From contig JBGPQV010000006.1 in assembly GCA_041489255.1 (NCBI GenBank), positions 65,147-129,146 on the forward strand: DNA of 64,000 nt. The letters are read 5' to 3'. The notes under the pieces are model-generated. The model was not told where the DNA came from, did no database searches, and was given only the letters and a program-made list of their open reading frames with translations. The translations under genes and the position numbers were made by a program. This stretch comes from Thermoplasmata archaeon (GTDB taxonomy: Archaea; Thermoplasmatota; Thermoplasmata; RBG-16-68-12; JAFNFQ01). Below are positions 48,478 through 57,499 of this stretch, piece by piece (position 1 is the stretch's first letter; each line of letters starts with the position of its first letter).

Positions 48478-50035
48478 CTCCTATCAGACTCGCCAAACGC
48501 GCCGCCGGCGGCTGTATCATGTTCACCATCGGCGACGGATAGAGTCCGACGATCAGTATGAGCGTCAATAGAATGAAGAACGGGATCAGTTCGTTGACCT
48601 CGAGGTCCCTGACCTTGCCTAGGTCCTCGTTGAAGTCACCGAATACCATCTTCTGCATCGTCCACAGGTAGTAGGCCCCTGTGATGGCGACCGAGATGAG
48701 CGGGATGAGGATGAACTTCCCGAGCGCGTTCGCACCGGGCGCGAGCACGGCGGCCCCTCCCTGGTACGAGCCGACGAACACCATGAACTCGCTCACGAAG
48801 CCGTTGAGGCCGGGGAGGCCCATCGATGCGAAGAACGAGACTATCAGCACGAACGAGAACAGCGGCATCCTCTTCGCGAGGCCGCGCAGCTTCGGGATAT
48901 CCCTGGTGCCGGCGGCATGTTTGACCGTCCCCGCCAGCATGAACAGGACGGCCGTGATGAGACCGTGGTTGAACAGCTGGAAGACCCCGCCCGCGATGCC
49001 TATGGTCGATAGGCTGGCCGCCCCGAGGAGCACGAAGCCCATGTGGGCTATCGACGAGTACGCAATCAGCCGCTTGAAGTCGACTTGGGCCAGGCAGACG
49101 AACGAAGCGTAGATCATGGAGACTATGCCGAACAGGGCAAGGACCCACCACAGCTCCTTTGCGGCGTCCGGAAGCATCCCGAGGCAGACGCGGAAGATGC
49201 CGTACCCGCCCATCTTCAGCAGGAGGCCCGCCAGGATGACCGAGCCCGCTGTCGGCGCCTCCACGTGGGCGTCAGGCAGCCACGTGTGGAACGGGACCAT
49301 CGGGAGCTTCACGCCGAACCCGAAGAAGAACGCGATGAAAGCGGGGATCTGGAAAACGAGTGCGGGCCTCAGCGCTGGGTTTGTCGCGCCGTTGAGGAGC
49401 ACGAGCATGTCGAAGCTCCTCGCCCCCGTGGGGTTCATCACGGGCGAGACGTTCCAGTACATCGCGAAGATGCCCAGCATCATGATGACGGAGCCGACGT
49501 GCGTGTAGATCAGGAACTTGATGGAGGCGTATGCCTTGTTCGGTCCGCCCCAAATCCCTATGAGGAAGAACATGGGGATCAGGACGAGCTCCCAGAAGAC
49601 CAGGAAAAGGAAGAAGTCGAGCGAGATGAAGACCCCGGTGATAGCCATCTGGATCAGCAGGATCATGGCGAAGAACTCCCTGGGCCTGTGGTCCTTGTCC
49701 CATGAGAATATCATCCCGAGGAGGGAGAGGAGCGGGGTCAGGAAGACCAGGGGCAGTGAGATGCCGTCGACCCCTAGGATGTAGCTCATCCCGAGCGAGG
49801 GCACCCAGTCGTAGTGCTCCACGAACCCGAAGCCGAGCGCATCCTTATTGGCGGGGATGAAAGAGGAGAACGCGCCTGTCACGTACTCGGCGGACGCGAG
49901 CACTGCAACCGCCAAGCTCGTCAGAGAGAAGATGACCGCGATGTTCCTCGCCCTTTTTTGCGTCTTCCCCAGCAGGAGCACGACGAGGAAGCCGATGAGG
50001 GGTATCGCGATGAGCGAGGAGAGTATCAAGGACAT
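48470..50035 (-). CDS. nuoM: Complex I-like subunit M (first copy)
   Basis: GVDGIS, FWE..LIPMF, KLPMVPFHTWLPDAHVEAP, KRLIAYSSIAHMG. Confidence 0.92.
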   Translation of the reverse strand: MSLILSSLIAIPLIGFLVVLLLGKTQKRARNIAVIFSLTSLAVAVLASAEYVTGAFSSFIPANKDALGFGFVEHYDWVPSLGMSYILGVDGISLPLVFLTPLLSLLGMIFSWDKDHRPREFFAMILLIQMAITGVFISLDFFLFLVFWELVLIPMFFLIGIWGGPNKAYASIKFLIYTHVGSVIMMLGIFAMYWNVSPVMNPTGARSFDMLVLLNGATNPALRPALVFQIPAFIAFFFGFGVKLPMVPFHTWLPDAHVEAPTAGSVILAGLLLKMGGYGIFRVCLGMLPDAAKELWWVLALFGIVSMIYASFVCLAQVDFKRLIAYSSIAHMGFVLLGAASLSTIGIAGGVFQLFNHGLITAVLFMLAGTVKHAAGTRDIPKLRGLAKRMPLFSFVLIVSFFASMGLPGLNGFVSEFMVFVGSYQGGAAVLAPGANALGKFILIPLISVAITGAYYLWTMQKMVFGDFNEDLGKVRDLEVNELIPFFILLTLILIVGLYPSPMVNMIQPPAARLASLIGGG

Positions 50036-50036
50036 C

Positions 50037-52088
50037 TCACACCCCCAGCATCGGCAGGATCACCTTCAGCGTGAATATCACGAGGATGACCAGGACAAGA
50101 CCGAGCACCACGACGTTACCGTAATTCTGCACCTTCCCTGTCTGGCCCGTCCTCAGCACCGCGCCACCCCTCACCGCCCTGAGGCTGATGGCGTTCACGG
50201 TCCCATCGATCGCGCGCCTGTCGAACCAGTCCGAGACCTTTGAGACCAGTATGCCGCCCTTTCCCGCCGCGTTCACGACGCCGTCCACGACGTTCCTGTC
50301 GAACCAGTCCCAGCCCCTCGCCATCGCGTAATAGCCCTTGTAGGCCGCCGCATTGTAGGCGTTGTCGATCCAGTAGCGGTTCGAGAGCATCTTGTGGACG
50401 AACGCCCTCGACGGCGTTGCGGTGAACTTCTCTGCAGAGATGCGCTTCTTGTCATAGACCATCCAGGCGAACATCACTCCCGCCAACGCGACGAGAAGCG
50501 AGACCCAGGCCAAGATCCCGGAAAGCTCCATCGGACTGAAAGTCCTGGCGAGGATGTGGTCCAGCGATAGTCCTTCAGCCTCGCGGAAGAATATCAGGTT
50601 GGAGAAGCCGCCATTCCCGAGGAACAACATCCCGGAGATGAGCGCGAAGACCGCCAAGATCATCAGCGGGACCGTCATGACGCGAGGAGACTCGTGCGGG
50701 TGCTCATTGCCGCGGTACTCCCCCCTGAACGTCATGAACCAGAGGCGGAACGTGTAGAACGCCGTCATGAAGGCGGTCAGGAGGCCGAGCGCGTAGAGCA
50801 CATAGAAAATCATGTTCGTCGAGCCTGACTCGAAGGTGAGGGACAGAATCTCATCCTTCGACCAGAAGCCGCTGAACGGGACGATACCTGCCAATGCGAG
50901 CGCGCCGAAGAGCATCACGGTCGACGTGACCCGCATCGATTTCCGCAGGCCGCCCATCTGCCTCATGTCGTTCGTGTGGACAGCATGGATGACGCTGCCC
51001 GCAGAGAGGAAGAGCAGCGCTTTGAAGAACGCATGGTTGGTCAGGTGGTAGAGGGCAGCGCTGTATCCTCCAGGTCCCTGGCCCTCGGACATCAGGTACG
51101 CGCCGACCCCGAGGCCGAGGAACATGTAGCCCAACTGCGAGATCGTGGAATAAGCCAGGACGCGCTTGATGTCGTACTGCGCGAGTGCCATGGTGGCGGC
51201 GAAGAACGCCGTGAAGCCACCGATGACCGCGATGAAGAGTATCGCGTCTGTGGGCGCCGGGACTCCTTCTGGGGCGAGGAAGATGAAGGACCTGGCGGTG
51301 AGGTAGACGCCCGCCTTGACCATCGTGGCGGCGTGGATGAGTGCGCTCACGGTTGTCGGGCCCTCCATTGCGTCGGGAAGCCAGACGTGAAGCGGGAACT
51401 GCGCGCTCTTGCCCATCGCCCCGCCGAACAACAGGAGAGGGATGACCGTCAGCATGGTCCGGCTCAGTTCACCGACACGGGGCGCGATCTCCTCGAAGCT
51501 GAATGTCCCGAAGCTCGTCCATATCGCGATGACGCCGAGGAGGAACAGCACGTCGCCGATCCTCGTCACCAGGAACGCCTTCTTGGCGGCGCTCGCCGCT
51601 TCCGGCTTCTTGTACCAGAACCCGATGAGAAGGTACGAGCACAGACCCATTACCTCCCAGAAGATGAGGAGCTGCAGGAAGTTGTCCGCGCTCACCGTCC
51701 CCAGCATCCCCGCGACGAACAGGCTGATCTCCGCGTAGTACCGGGGCTTGCCGTCCTCGTGGGCCATGTAGCCGATCGAGTAGATGGCGATGAGCATCGA
51801 CAGGAACGAAACGAGCACGAGCATCAGGGCGCTCAGGTTGTCCACGAGAAGACCCATCCGGATCTGCGGGACCCACTCGAACCCCGCCACCTCGACGGGC
51901 TTGAAGCTCCCGCCAAACGCCCCCGCCACGATGACCTCATACAGCAGGTAGAGCGCGATGACGAACGAGCCGCCGATGGAGACCACCGCGATCGCGGCGC
52001 CACCCTGCCACATCTTCTTGCCGAAGAGGATGCAGATGAGGAAGGATATCAGGGGCAGGAGGACGATGAGCCATGCGTATTCGAACGT
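50037..52088 (-). CDS. nuoL: Complex I-like subunit L (apparent ACG start; extended lateral helix)
   Basis: WEVMGLCSYLLIGFW, GKSAQFPLHVWLPDAMEGPT, HAFFKALLFL, GFWSKDEI; TM1 (FEYAWLIVLLP...) lies upstream of the first ATG. Confidence 0.92.
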   Translation of the reverse strand, partial: TFEYAWLIVLLPLISFLICILFGKKMWQGGAAIAVVSIGGSFVIALYLLYEVIVAGAFGGSFKPVEVAGFEWVPQIRMGLLVDNLSALMLVLVSFLSMLIAIYSIGYMAHEDGKPRYYAEISLFVAGMLGTVSADNFLQLLIFWEVMGLCSYLLIGFWYKKPEAASAAKKAFLVTRIGDVLFLLGVIAIWTSFGTFSFEEIAPRVGELSRTMLTVIPLLLFGGAMGKSAQFPLHVWLPDAMEGPTTVSALIHAATMVKAGVYLTARSFIFLAPEGVPAPTDAILFIAVIGGFTAFFAATMALAQYDIKRVLAYSTISQLGYMFLGLGVGAYLMSEGQGPGGYSAALYHLTNHAFFKALLFLSAGSVIHAVHTNDMRQMGGLRKSMRVTSTVMLFGALALAGIVPFSGFWSKDEILSLTFESGSTNMIFYVLYALGLLTAFMTAFYTFRLWFMTFRGEYRGNEHPHESPRVMTVPLMILAVFALISGMLFLGNGGFSNLIFFREAEGLSLDHILARTFSPMELSGILAWVSLLVALAGVMFAWMVYDKKRISAEKFTATPSRAFVHKMLSNRYWIDNAYNAAAYKGYYAMARGWDWFDRNVVDGVVNAAGKGGILVSKVSDWFDRRAIDGTVNAISLRAVRGGAVLRTGQTGKVQNYGNVVVLGLVLVILVIFTLKVILPMLGV

Positions 52089-52089
52089 C

Positions 52090-52392
52090 CTACCACCTCA
52101 GTATCTTGATCTTGTCGAGTTCGATCGTCCCATGAGTCACGTAGACGTTGAGGAAGATGGCGAGACCCACGGCGGCTTCCCCCGCCGCGATGGCGATCGC
52201 GAGCAGGGCGAACACCTGGCCGCTCGGGTCGTTTGCGTAAGACGCGAACGCGACGAGGTTGAGTATCGCGGCGTTGAGGATAATCTCCACCGACATCAGC
52301 ACGATTATCGCGTTGCGCCGTGTCAGGATGCCAAAGAGGCCAATGCAGAAGAGGAGGGCGGAGAGTATCAGCTCGTACTGCGGCGGTATCAC
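52090..52392 (-). CDS. nuoK: Complex I-like subunit K
   Basis: LFCIGLFG...RRN....LMSVEIILNA, GQVF, AAGEAAVGLA. Confidence 0.94.
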   Translation of the reverse strand: MIPPQYELILSALLFCIGLFGILTRRNAIIVLMSVEIILNAAILNLVAFASYANDPSGQVFALLAIAIAAGEAAVGLAIFLNVYVTHGTIELDKIKILRW

Positions 52393-52652
52393 CCGTCTCC
52401 CTCCTTCTTAGCGAGGTAGATGCCCCCGATCATTGCGGTGGCTAGAAGCAATCCGATGAGGGTGACGGTGAACAGGTAGTCGTTGAACAGCGAGTTCGCA
52501 ACGCCGATTCCGGAGGGGTCGGTGTTGTTGTAGGCGGGGATGTCGTGCAAGTCGCTCGGCCAGGAGACGAGGAACACGCTCTCCGCCACGACGACGAAGA
52601 GAAGCGAGACGGTGAGGAGCGCGACGACGTCACTTCGCTTCAGACGTCTCAC
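52389..52652 (-). CDS. Complex I-like subunit J, C-terminal half (split J)
   Basis: LFNDY.......LLL..AMIGGI.LA; between J1 and K. Confidence 0.85.
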   Translation of the reverse strand: MRRLKRSDVVALLTVSLLFVVVAESVFLVSWPSDLHDIPAYNNTDPSGIGVANSLFNDYLFTVTLIGLLLATAMIGGIYLAKKEGDG

Positions 52653-52917
52653 TCTCCTCCAGCATCTTCTTCCTGGTCAACATGATTCCGAAGAGCAGCA
52701 AGACCGGCACCGCGCCAGCGTAGACGAGAATCTGGATGAGGGCGACGAACTCGGCTCTGAGCAGGATGTAGATCCCTGAAATCGTGATCAGGGTGATCAA
52801 GAGCCAGAAGGCGGCCCTCACAAGTTTCTTCGACGTAACGGTGAGAATGGCGCCGACTATCTCCACCGCCGAGAAGACCAAGAACATGAACAGCTCCCAG
52901 TCGATCGTCAGAACCAC
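52630..52917 (-). CDS. nuoJ: Complex I-like subunit J, N-terminal half (start GTG 52917 or ACG 52908)
   Basis: AEFVALIQILVYAGAVPVLLLFGIMLT. Confidence 0.9.
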   Translation of the reverse strand: MVLTIDWELFMFLVFSAVEIVGAILTVTSKKLVRAAFWLLITLITISGIYILLRAEFVALIQILVYAGAVPVLLLFGIMLTRKKMLEESETSEAK

Positions 52918-54116
52918 CCCATCGTCTTGAAGACGGCCGCGCCGAGGATCGTGAGCAGGGCAAGGGGGATGAGCCGGTTCCACCCTATCTTGAGCACCTG
53001 GTCGGCCCTGACTCGCGGTATGCTCCAGGAGATCCAGATGATGACCATGACCACGAGGTATGTCTTGAGCAGGAACCAGAACTCCTGCGGGAGGATCGGG
53101 ATCGGGTAGCCGAGGACTGAGACCGTCGTGAAGACGGGCCCGTTCCACCCGCCAAGGTAAAGGATGACGAGCAGGCCCGCCCCCGCGAACGCCCTGAGCC
53201 ACTTGAAGCCGAATAGGAAACCGAACCTCATCCCGCCATATTCCGTCGTCCAGCCCTCGACCAGTTCCGCGTCGGCCTCAGGAATGTCGAAGGGGATGCG
53301 CTCCAGCTCCGCGACCAAGGCGATGAAGAAGATGACGAAGCCGAGCATCTGCGGCGGCGAGAAGACGTTCCATGACGGCACGATCGTGCCCATGAGCGGC
53401 CTCTCCTGCACCGCGACCATCTGGAACGGGTCGAGCGTGCCGCTAAGGAGGACCACCGCGATGACGCAGAGGATGAGCGGTATCTCGTAGCTCAGCATCA
53501 TCGCCGCCGCCCTCAGCCCGCCGATCAAGGTGTATTTGTTGTTGGATGAATAGCCCGCAATGATGATGGCGAAAGGTCCGAGGGACAGGGCCGCGAGCAC
53601 GAAGAGCACGCCCAGTGCCACCTTGGTGTAGTAGAAGTTCTCGCTGAATGGAAAGACCGCGAAGACCATGATGGTCGACGAGACGATTATGGCGGGTGCG
53701 GCGTGGAAGAGGAGCTTATCCGCCGAGGCTGGCGTGATGTTCTCCTTCTGGAGCAGCTTCACGCCATCGGCGATGTTCTGCAGGAAGCCCCACCCGAGGT
53801 TGGTCATCCCGCGCTTGTACTTCTTCGACCAGGGCCACGGGACCCCGAGCATGATGCCGTACCTGTCCTGAATCCTGGAGTACAGCTTCCTCTCGACCCA
53901 CATCACGCTGAGGAGGTTGACGAGCGCCGCCCACATCACCATCACGAGTGTCGCGATGAGGTAGGTGAAGAACACCACGACCCCGGGGCTCACGAACCAA
54001 GACCCGACTCCGGGCAGCGACAGCGCGTCGAAGATCGCCTTGACGATGCCGAGCAGTATCTCGGTGAGGCTCCTGCAGAGGCCGACGAGGCTTGGCGTCA
54101 GCAGAGAGCCGCTCAT
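52908..54116 (-). CDS. nuoH: Complex I-like subunit H
   Basis: ERK....Q.RYG, QNIADGVKLL.KE, SNNKY...GGLR, R.PFD.PEA..ELV.G..TEY. Confidence 0.94.
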   Translation of the reverse strand: MSGSLLTPSLVGLCRSLTEILLGIVKAIFDALSLPGVGSWFVSPGVVVFFTYLIATLVMVMWAALVNLLSVMWVERKLYSRIQDRYGIMLGVPWPWSKKYKRGMTNLGWGFLQNIADGVKLLQKENITPASADKLLFHAAPAIIVSSTIMVFAVFPFSENFYYTKVALGVLFVLAALSLGPFAIIIAGYSSNNKYTLIGGLRAAAMMLSYEIPLILCVIAVVLLSGTLDPFQMVAVQERPLMGTIVPSWNVFSPPQMLGFVIFFIALVAELERIPFDIPEADAELVEGWTTEYGGMRFGFLFGFKWLRAFAGAGLLVILYLGGWNGPVFTTVSVLGYPIPILPQEFWFLLKTYLVVMVIIWISWSIPRVRADQVLKIGWNRLIPLALLTILGAAVFKTMGWF

Positions 54117-55192
54117 TTGTCGATCTCCCCCACGCAGATGTCGATGCTGCCCATGATCGAGACGACGTCGGCGACCTTGTGCCCCCTCATCATCTGCGGC
54201 ACCGCCGCGAGCGTGCAGAATATCGGGCTACGGATCTTCACGCGGTATGGTCGATTATCGCCGTCCGCCGCGACGTAGAAGAGCGCCTCGCCCCTGGAGT
54301 CCTCGGTGACCCTGAACGCCTCTCCCTCCGCCCTCCTCGGCGGCTTCATCCTGTAAGGGCCCGGAGGCATCTTCTTCAATGCGTCGAGGACGATCTTGCA
54401 GCTCTCCCTCATCTCCCGCATCCGCACGATCGACCTCGCGTAGCAGTCGCAGTCTTTCTCGACCGCCGGCTCCCAATCGATCAGGTCGTAGACCTCGTAG
54501 GGTATCGTCCTGCGGAGGTCCACGTCCGCCCCGCTCCCCCTGAGGTTCGGACCCGTGACGCCCCAGTTGATTGCGTCCTCCTTGCTCAGCTTGCCGACGC
54601 CCTGCGTTCTCATGAGGAAGGTCTTGCTGTTCTCCATCATGTCCTCGTACTCGTCCAGCTTCTTCTGGAAGTGCGCGATGACCTTCTGGCAGGACTTCTC
54701 GAAGTCCGCGGGGACGTCGTTCCTCACGCCGCCGACGCGCGTGTAGTTCGAGTTCAGCCTGAGGCCCGCCATGATCTCGATGAGGTCGAGGAAAAGCTCC
54801 CTCTCGCGGAGCGCGTAGAGCAGCATCGTCAGGAGGCCGATGTCGGCGCCGAAGGCCGCCAGCCACATGAGGTGCGAGGCAATCCTCTGTATCTCCAGGG
54901 AGATGACCCGGAGGTACTTCGCCCGCTCAGGGATCTCGATGTCCATGAGCTCCTCGACCGCGAGGCAATAGGCGTGAGACCATGTGATACTCGAAACGTA
55001 GCAGAGGCGGTCGGTGAGGACGATGACCTTCTGGAACTCCCTGACCTCGCTGATCTTCTCGACTCCCCTATGCAGGTAGCCGATGATCGGCTCCGCGTCG
55101 ACGATCGTCTCCCCGTCGACCTTGATCCTCAGGTTCCAGAGGCCATGGGTCATCGGGTGCTGCGGGCCCATGTTGACCCAGAACTCTGCCAC
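54113..55192 (-). CDS. nuoD: Complex I-like subunit D
   Basis: NMGPQHPMTHG, GYLHRGVEK, DRLCY, GP.LR.SG...D.R, GSID...GEID; no NiFe CxxC pairs. Confidence 0.94.
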   Translation of the reverse strand: MAEFWVNMGPQHPMTHGLWNLRIKVDGETIVDAEPIIGYLHRGVEKISEVREFQKVIVLTDRLCYVSSITWSHAYCLAVEELMDIEIPERAKYLRVISLEIQRIASHLMWLAAFGADIGLLTMLLYALRERELFLDLIEIMAGLRLNSNYTRVGGVRNDVPADFEKSCQKVIAHFQKKLDEYEDMMENSKTFLMRTQGVGKLSKEDAINWGVTGPNLRGSGADVDLRRTIPYEVYDLIDWEPAVEKDCDCYARSIVRMREMRESCKIVLDALKKMPPGPYRMKPPRRAEGEAFRVTEDSRGEALFYVAADGDNRPYRVKIRSPIFCTLAAVPQMMRGHKVADVVSIMGSIDICVGEIDK

Positions 55193-55693
55193 CTACGCAC
55201 CCCCGGTCTTCAGCTTCCTGCGCGAGATGTACTGGCGGTCGACCTCCTGCGGGAAGTCCTTCCTCAGAGGGAAGAACCTGTAATCCGGCGGTAGCAAGAT
55301 TCGCCTGAGGTCCGGCTGGTGGTCAAAGACTATCCCCATGAGGTCATACGACTCGCGCTCGGGGTAGGTCGCGGACCTCCAGAACTTGCAGAGGGACTCG
55401 ATGTGCGGATCGTCGTGCGGGATGACCGCGTTGACCTGGAACATCGAGCCGTCGGAGTAGCGGGTGAAGTGGTAGACGCACTCGAATCTGTCCTTCCAGT
55501 CGACCGCGGAGATGCAGGAGAGGTGCTCGTATCCAAGCTCCTCCTTGAGGCAGAAACATATCTCGACGAGGTCCTTCCTGTCGATCTTGATGCGACCGAC
55601 CCCAGGCCGGACGCTGCCGGACTCAAGGAGCAGCTTCGGGAACCGCTCCCTCAGCTTTGCCAGTACCTGTTCCTCTACCCCCATTCCTGTCAC
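55193..55693 (-). CDS. nuoC: Complex I-like subunit C
   Basis: ISAVD, ERESYDLMGI.F...PDLRRIL, PLRKDF. Confidence 0.93.
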   Translation of the reverse strand: MTGMGVEEQVLAKLRERFPKLLLESGSVRPGVGRIKIDRKDLVEICFCLKEELGYEHLSCISAVDWKDRFECVYHFTRYSDGSMFQVNAVIPHDDPHIESLCKFWRSATYPERESYDLMGIVFDHQPDLRRILLPPDYRFFPLRKDFPQEVDRQYISRRKLKTGGA

Positions 55694-55709
55694 CTCGGCG
55701 GATCCGAGA

Positions 55710-56078
55710 CTAGATTGTCAGGACCTCCTCTTTCTTCAGCGCGTAGTTCGTCGTGACGAAGAGGACTGCGACGAAGAGTATTATCGCCACTTTCGCGGCG
55801 TCGCTCAATCCGGTGAACACGAGGGCCATGAGCATCAGGAAGATCGCCGCCACGTCGAAGACTACGAAGATCAGCGCGAACATATAGTACTGGAAGTTGA
55901 ACTGGATCTGCGCCTCGCCCTCGGGCACCTCGCCGCACTCGTAGGTGGTGTCCTTGAGCGGCGACGGCTTGTCCGGCCTGACCAGGCGTGTGATGAAGTA
56001 GACCAAGATTGGAAAAATGACCGCAATCGCTAGGAAGATGGCCACCGGCATATAGGCGTCCAATAGGGATTGAGCCAT
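55710..56078 (-). CDS. nuoA: Complex I-like subunit A
   Basis: K.TTYECG, QYYMFALIFVVFDV; ATG 56078. Confidence 0.93.
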   Translation of the reverse strand: MAQSLLDAYMPVAIFLAIAVIFPILVYFITRLVRPDKPSPLKDTTYECGEVPEGEAQIQFNFQYYMFALIFVVFDVAAIFLMLMALVFTGLSDAAKVAIILFVAVLFVTTNYALKKEEVLTI

Positions 56079-56103
56079 CCAAAACCGCCGAAAGGCTGTG
56101 CCG

Positions 56104-56110
56104 TATATAA
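56104..56110 (-). promoter_or_regulatory. TATA box of the nuo operon
   Basis: TTATATA on the minus strand ending 25 nt before the nuoA ATG (leaderless spacing). Confidence 0.6.
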
Positions 56111-56191
56111 GCATGAGTAAACGCTCCAGATGACAAGCGCTCAATCAGGCAGGATTGAAATCTGCAGCTTGCGTTCGGATGCGCTGCTTGC

Positions 56192-56240
56192 CTGTGTTCC
56201 CCCAAGCCTTCGCCCCGACGGGCGGGGGAACCTTTCATTC
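56192..56240. repeat. GC-hairpin repeat, copy A
   Basis: CTGTGTTCCCCCAAGCCTTCGCCC-CGAC-GGGCGGGGGAACCTTTCA; similar to 57241 and 62318. Confidence 0.6.
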
Positions 56241-56363
56241 TTCAGGCTAAGCGAGGTCGTCGTCGTATAGGCGATGAATGCGAGAGACTGATCTTTGACT
56301 TGAAGTCTTCAAGGAGAAGTCCTTATCCGGTGTTGTGTCGATACCTGGAAGAGGACGCGGCAG

Positions 56364-57173
56364 ATGGTAAGGGCGACAGAATGTGGGCAATTGATATACG
56401 AGATACCCAGAAGGCTATTCCTCCGCAAGAAGATCACAGGCATTGGCTATGCGACCATCTTTCCCATCTTGCTGATCGCTCTGTTGGCTCTGGTGGCGTC
56501 GGAACCGGACCTGCAGTCGTCAAGCACGCTATGGCCTATCGCGCTATCTGGGGCCATCATGTTCGGCGTGACACTGTTCTTCTATTGGCGTGGCCTGAGG
56601 ATGAATCGGTTTGGAATCACCACAGAAGGTATATTCCCTCTCGTCAAGCCCCTTGACAAGTTATTCTCTGGGAGGTTCTTCCTACCCTATTCCAGCATAC
56701 AAAAGGTGGAGATTAAACATTCTTCGTATACAAACAAGGAGGGGAAGGTTCTTGAAGCGCACCCTCACATGGCGGAACTGCTGCTTGAGGACGACAGTAC
56801 GATCACGATAGGCGTTGTCACAGGCCTCACACCTTTGGGTCTCTACCTCTGGTCAGAGAAAGACATGCGAGGAATCTTTCGACTGCTGGAGGTAATCAAA
56901 CAGCGAATATCCGAACAGAGAAGCAGACGTATCAGCAGCATAGCCATCCCAGTTGAAGCATTTCAGGGAGCCATGGGCGGATGGGAGACACGCCTGTTCC
57001 GCAAGAAGACAAAGGGAGAGTTGCTTGGGAAAGTCGGTGAAGTCATCTTTCTCGCTTCAATGGGCGCCTGCATAATGGCGGCTGGACTGCTCGCAGGACT
57101 ATGGGTTCTGGTCCTGGTGGGCTCCATGTTGTGTTTCCTTTCTTTCCTCATTGGCTACGCCCAATTGCCATGA
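56364..57173 (+). CDS. Hypothetical membrane protein (2 TM + PH-like domain + 2 TM)
   Basis: Two hydrophobic helices, then FGITTEGIF...LPYSSIQKVEI, then a C-terminal hydrophobic hairpin. Confidence 0.65.
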   Translation: MVRATECGQLIYEIPRRLFLRKKITGIGYATIFPILLIALLALVASEPDLQSSSTLWPIALSGAIMFGVTLFFYWRGLRMNRFGITTEGIFPLVKPLDKLFSGRFFLPYSSIQKVEIKHSSYTNKEGKVLEAHPHMAELLLEDDSTITIGVVTGLTPLGLYLWSEKDMRGIFRLLEVIKQRISEQRSRRISSIAIPVEAFQGAMGGWETRLFRKKTKGELLGKVGEVIFLASMGACIMAAGLLAGLWVLVLVGSMLCFLSFLIGYAQLP

Positions 57174-57240
57174 TAAACGCCGTCGGAATCTCGATTCCTA
57201 CTGATTGACTTGGAACCTACGAGTCTGCTGTCTCTGGCCC

Positions 57241-57288
57241 CTGTCCCTCCAAGCCCCCGCCCGTTTGGGCGGGAGCACCTTTCACTTT
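57241..57288. repeat. GC-hairpin repeat, copy B
   Basis: CTGTCCCTCCAAGCCCCCGCCC-GTTT-GGGCGGGAGCACCTTTCA. Confidence 0.6.
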
Positions 57289-57499
57289 TCCACGTCGATA
57301 AGTCACGCGGCAGAGGGACGGTTCAAAACCCACTTGCTACAGAGGATTAGGGGACCGACCCCCTGCTTTCGCGCTCGTTCGGCGGATAAGTGTGGAGGTC
57401 TTTCAATCTTCGATTACGCGGCGGGGAAGCACCCAGAAGCCCAAAACGCTTATCAATCGACAAAACGTTATAGAAGGCGACAGAACAAGGAGGCAATGC

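Noticed and set aside
54113-55192. Group 4 [NiFe]-hydrogenase large subunit
   Set aside because: Both CxxC nickel-binding pairs are missing (RLCYVS, DICVGE); NuoD quinone motifs are present
56192-57288. Integron attC sites or definite IS605 ends
   Set aside because: No RYYYAAC/GTTRRRY boxes and no tnpA/tnpB/intI in the window; kept only as an unassigned repeat family
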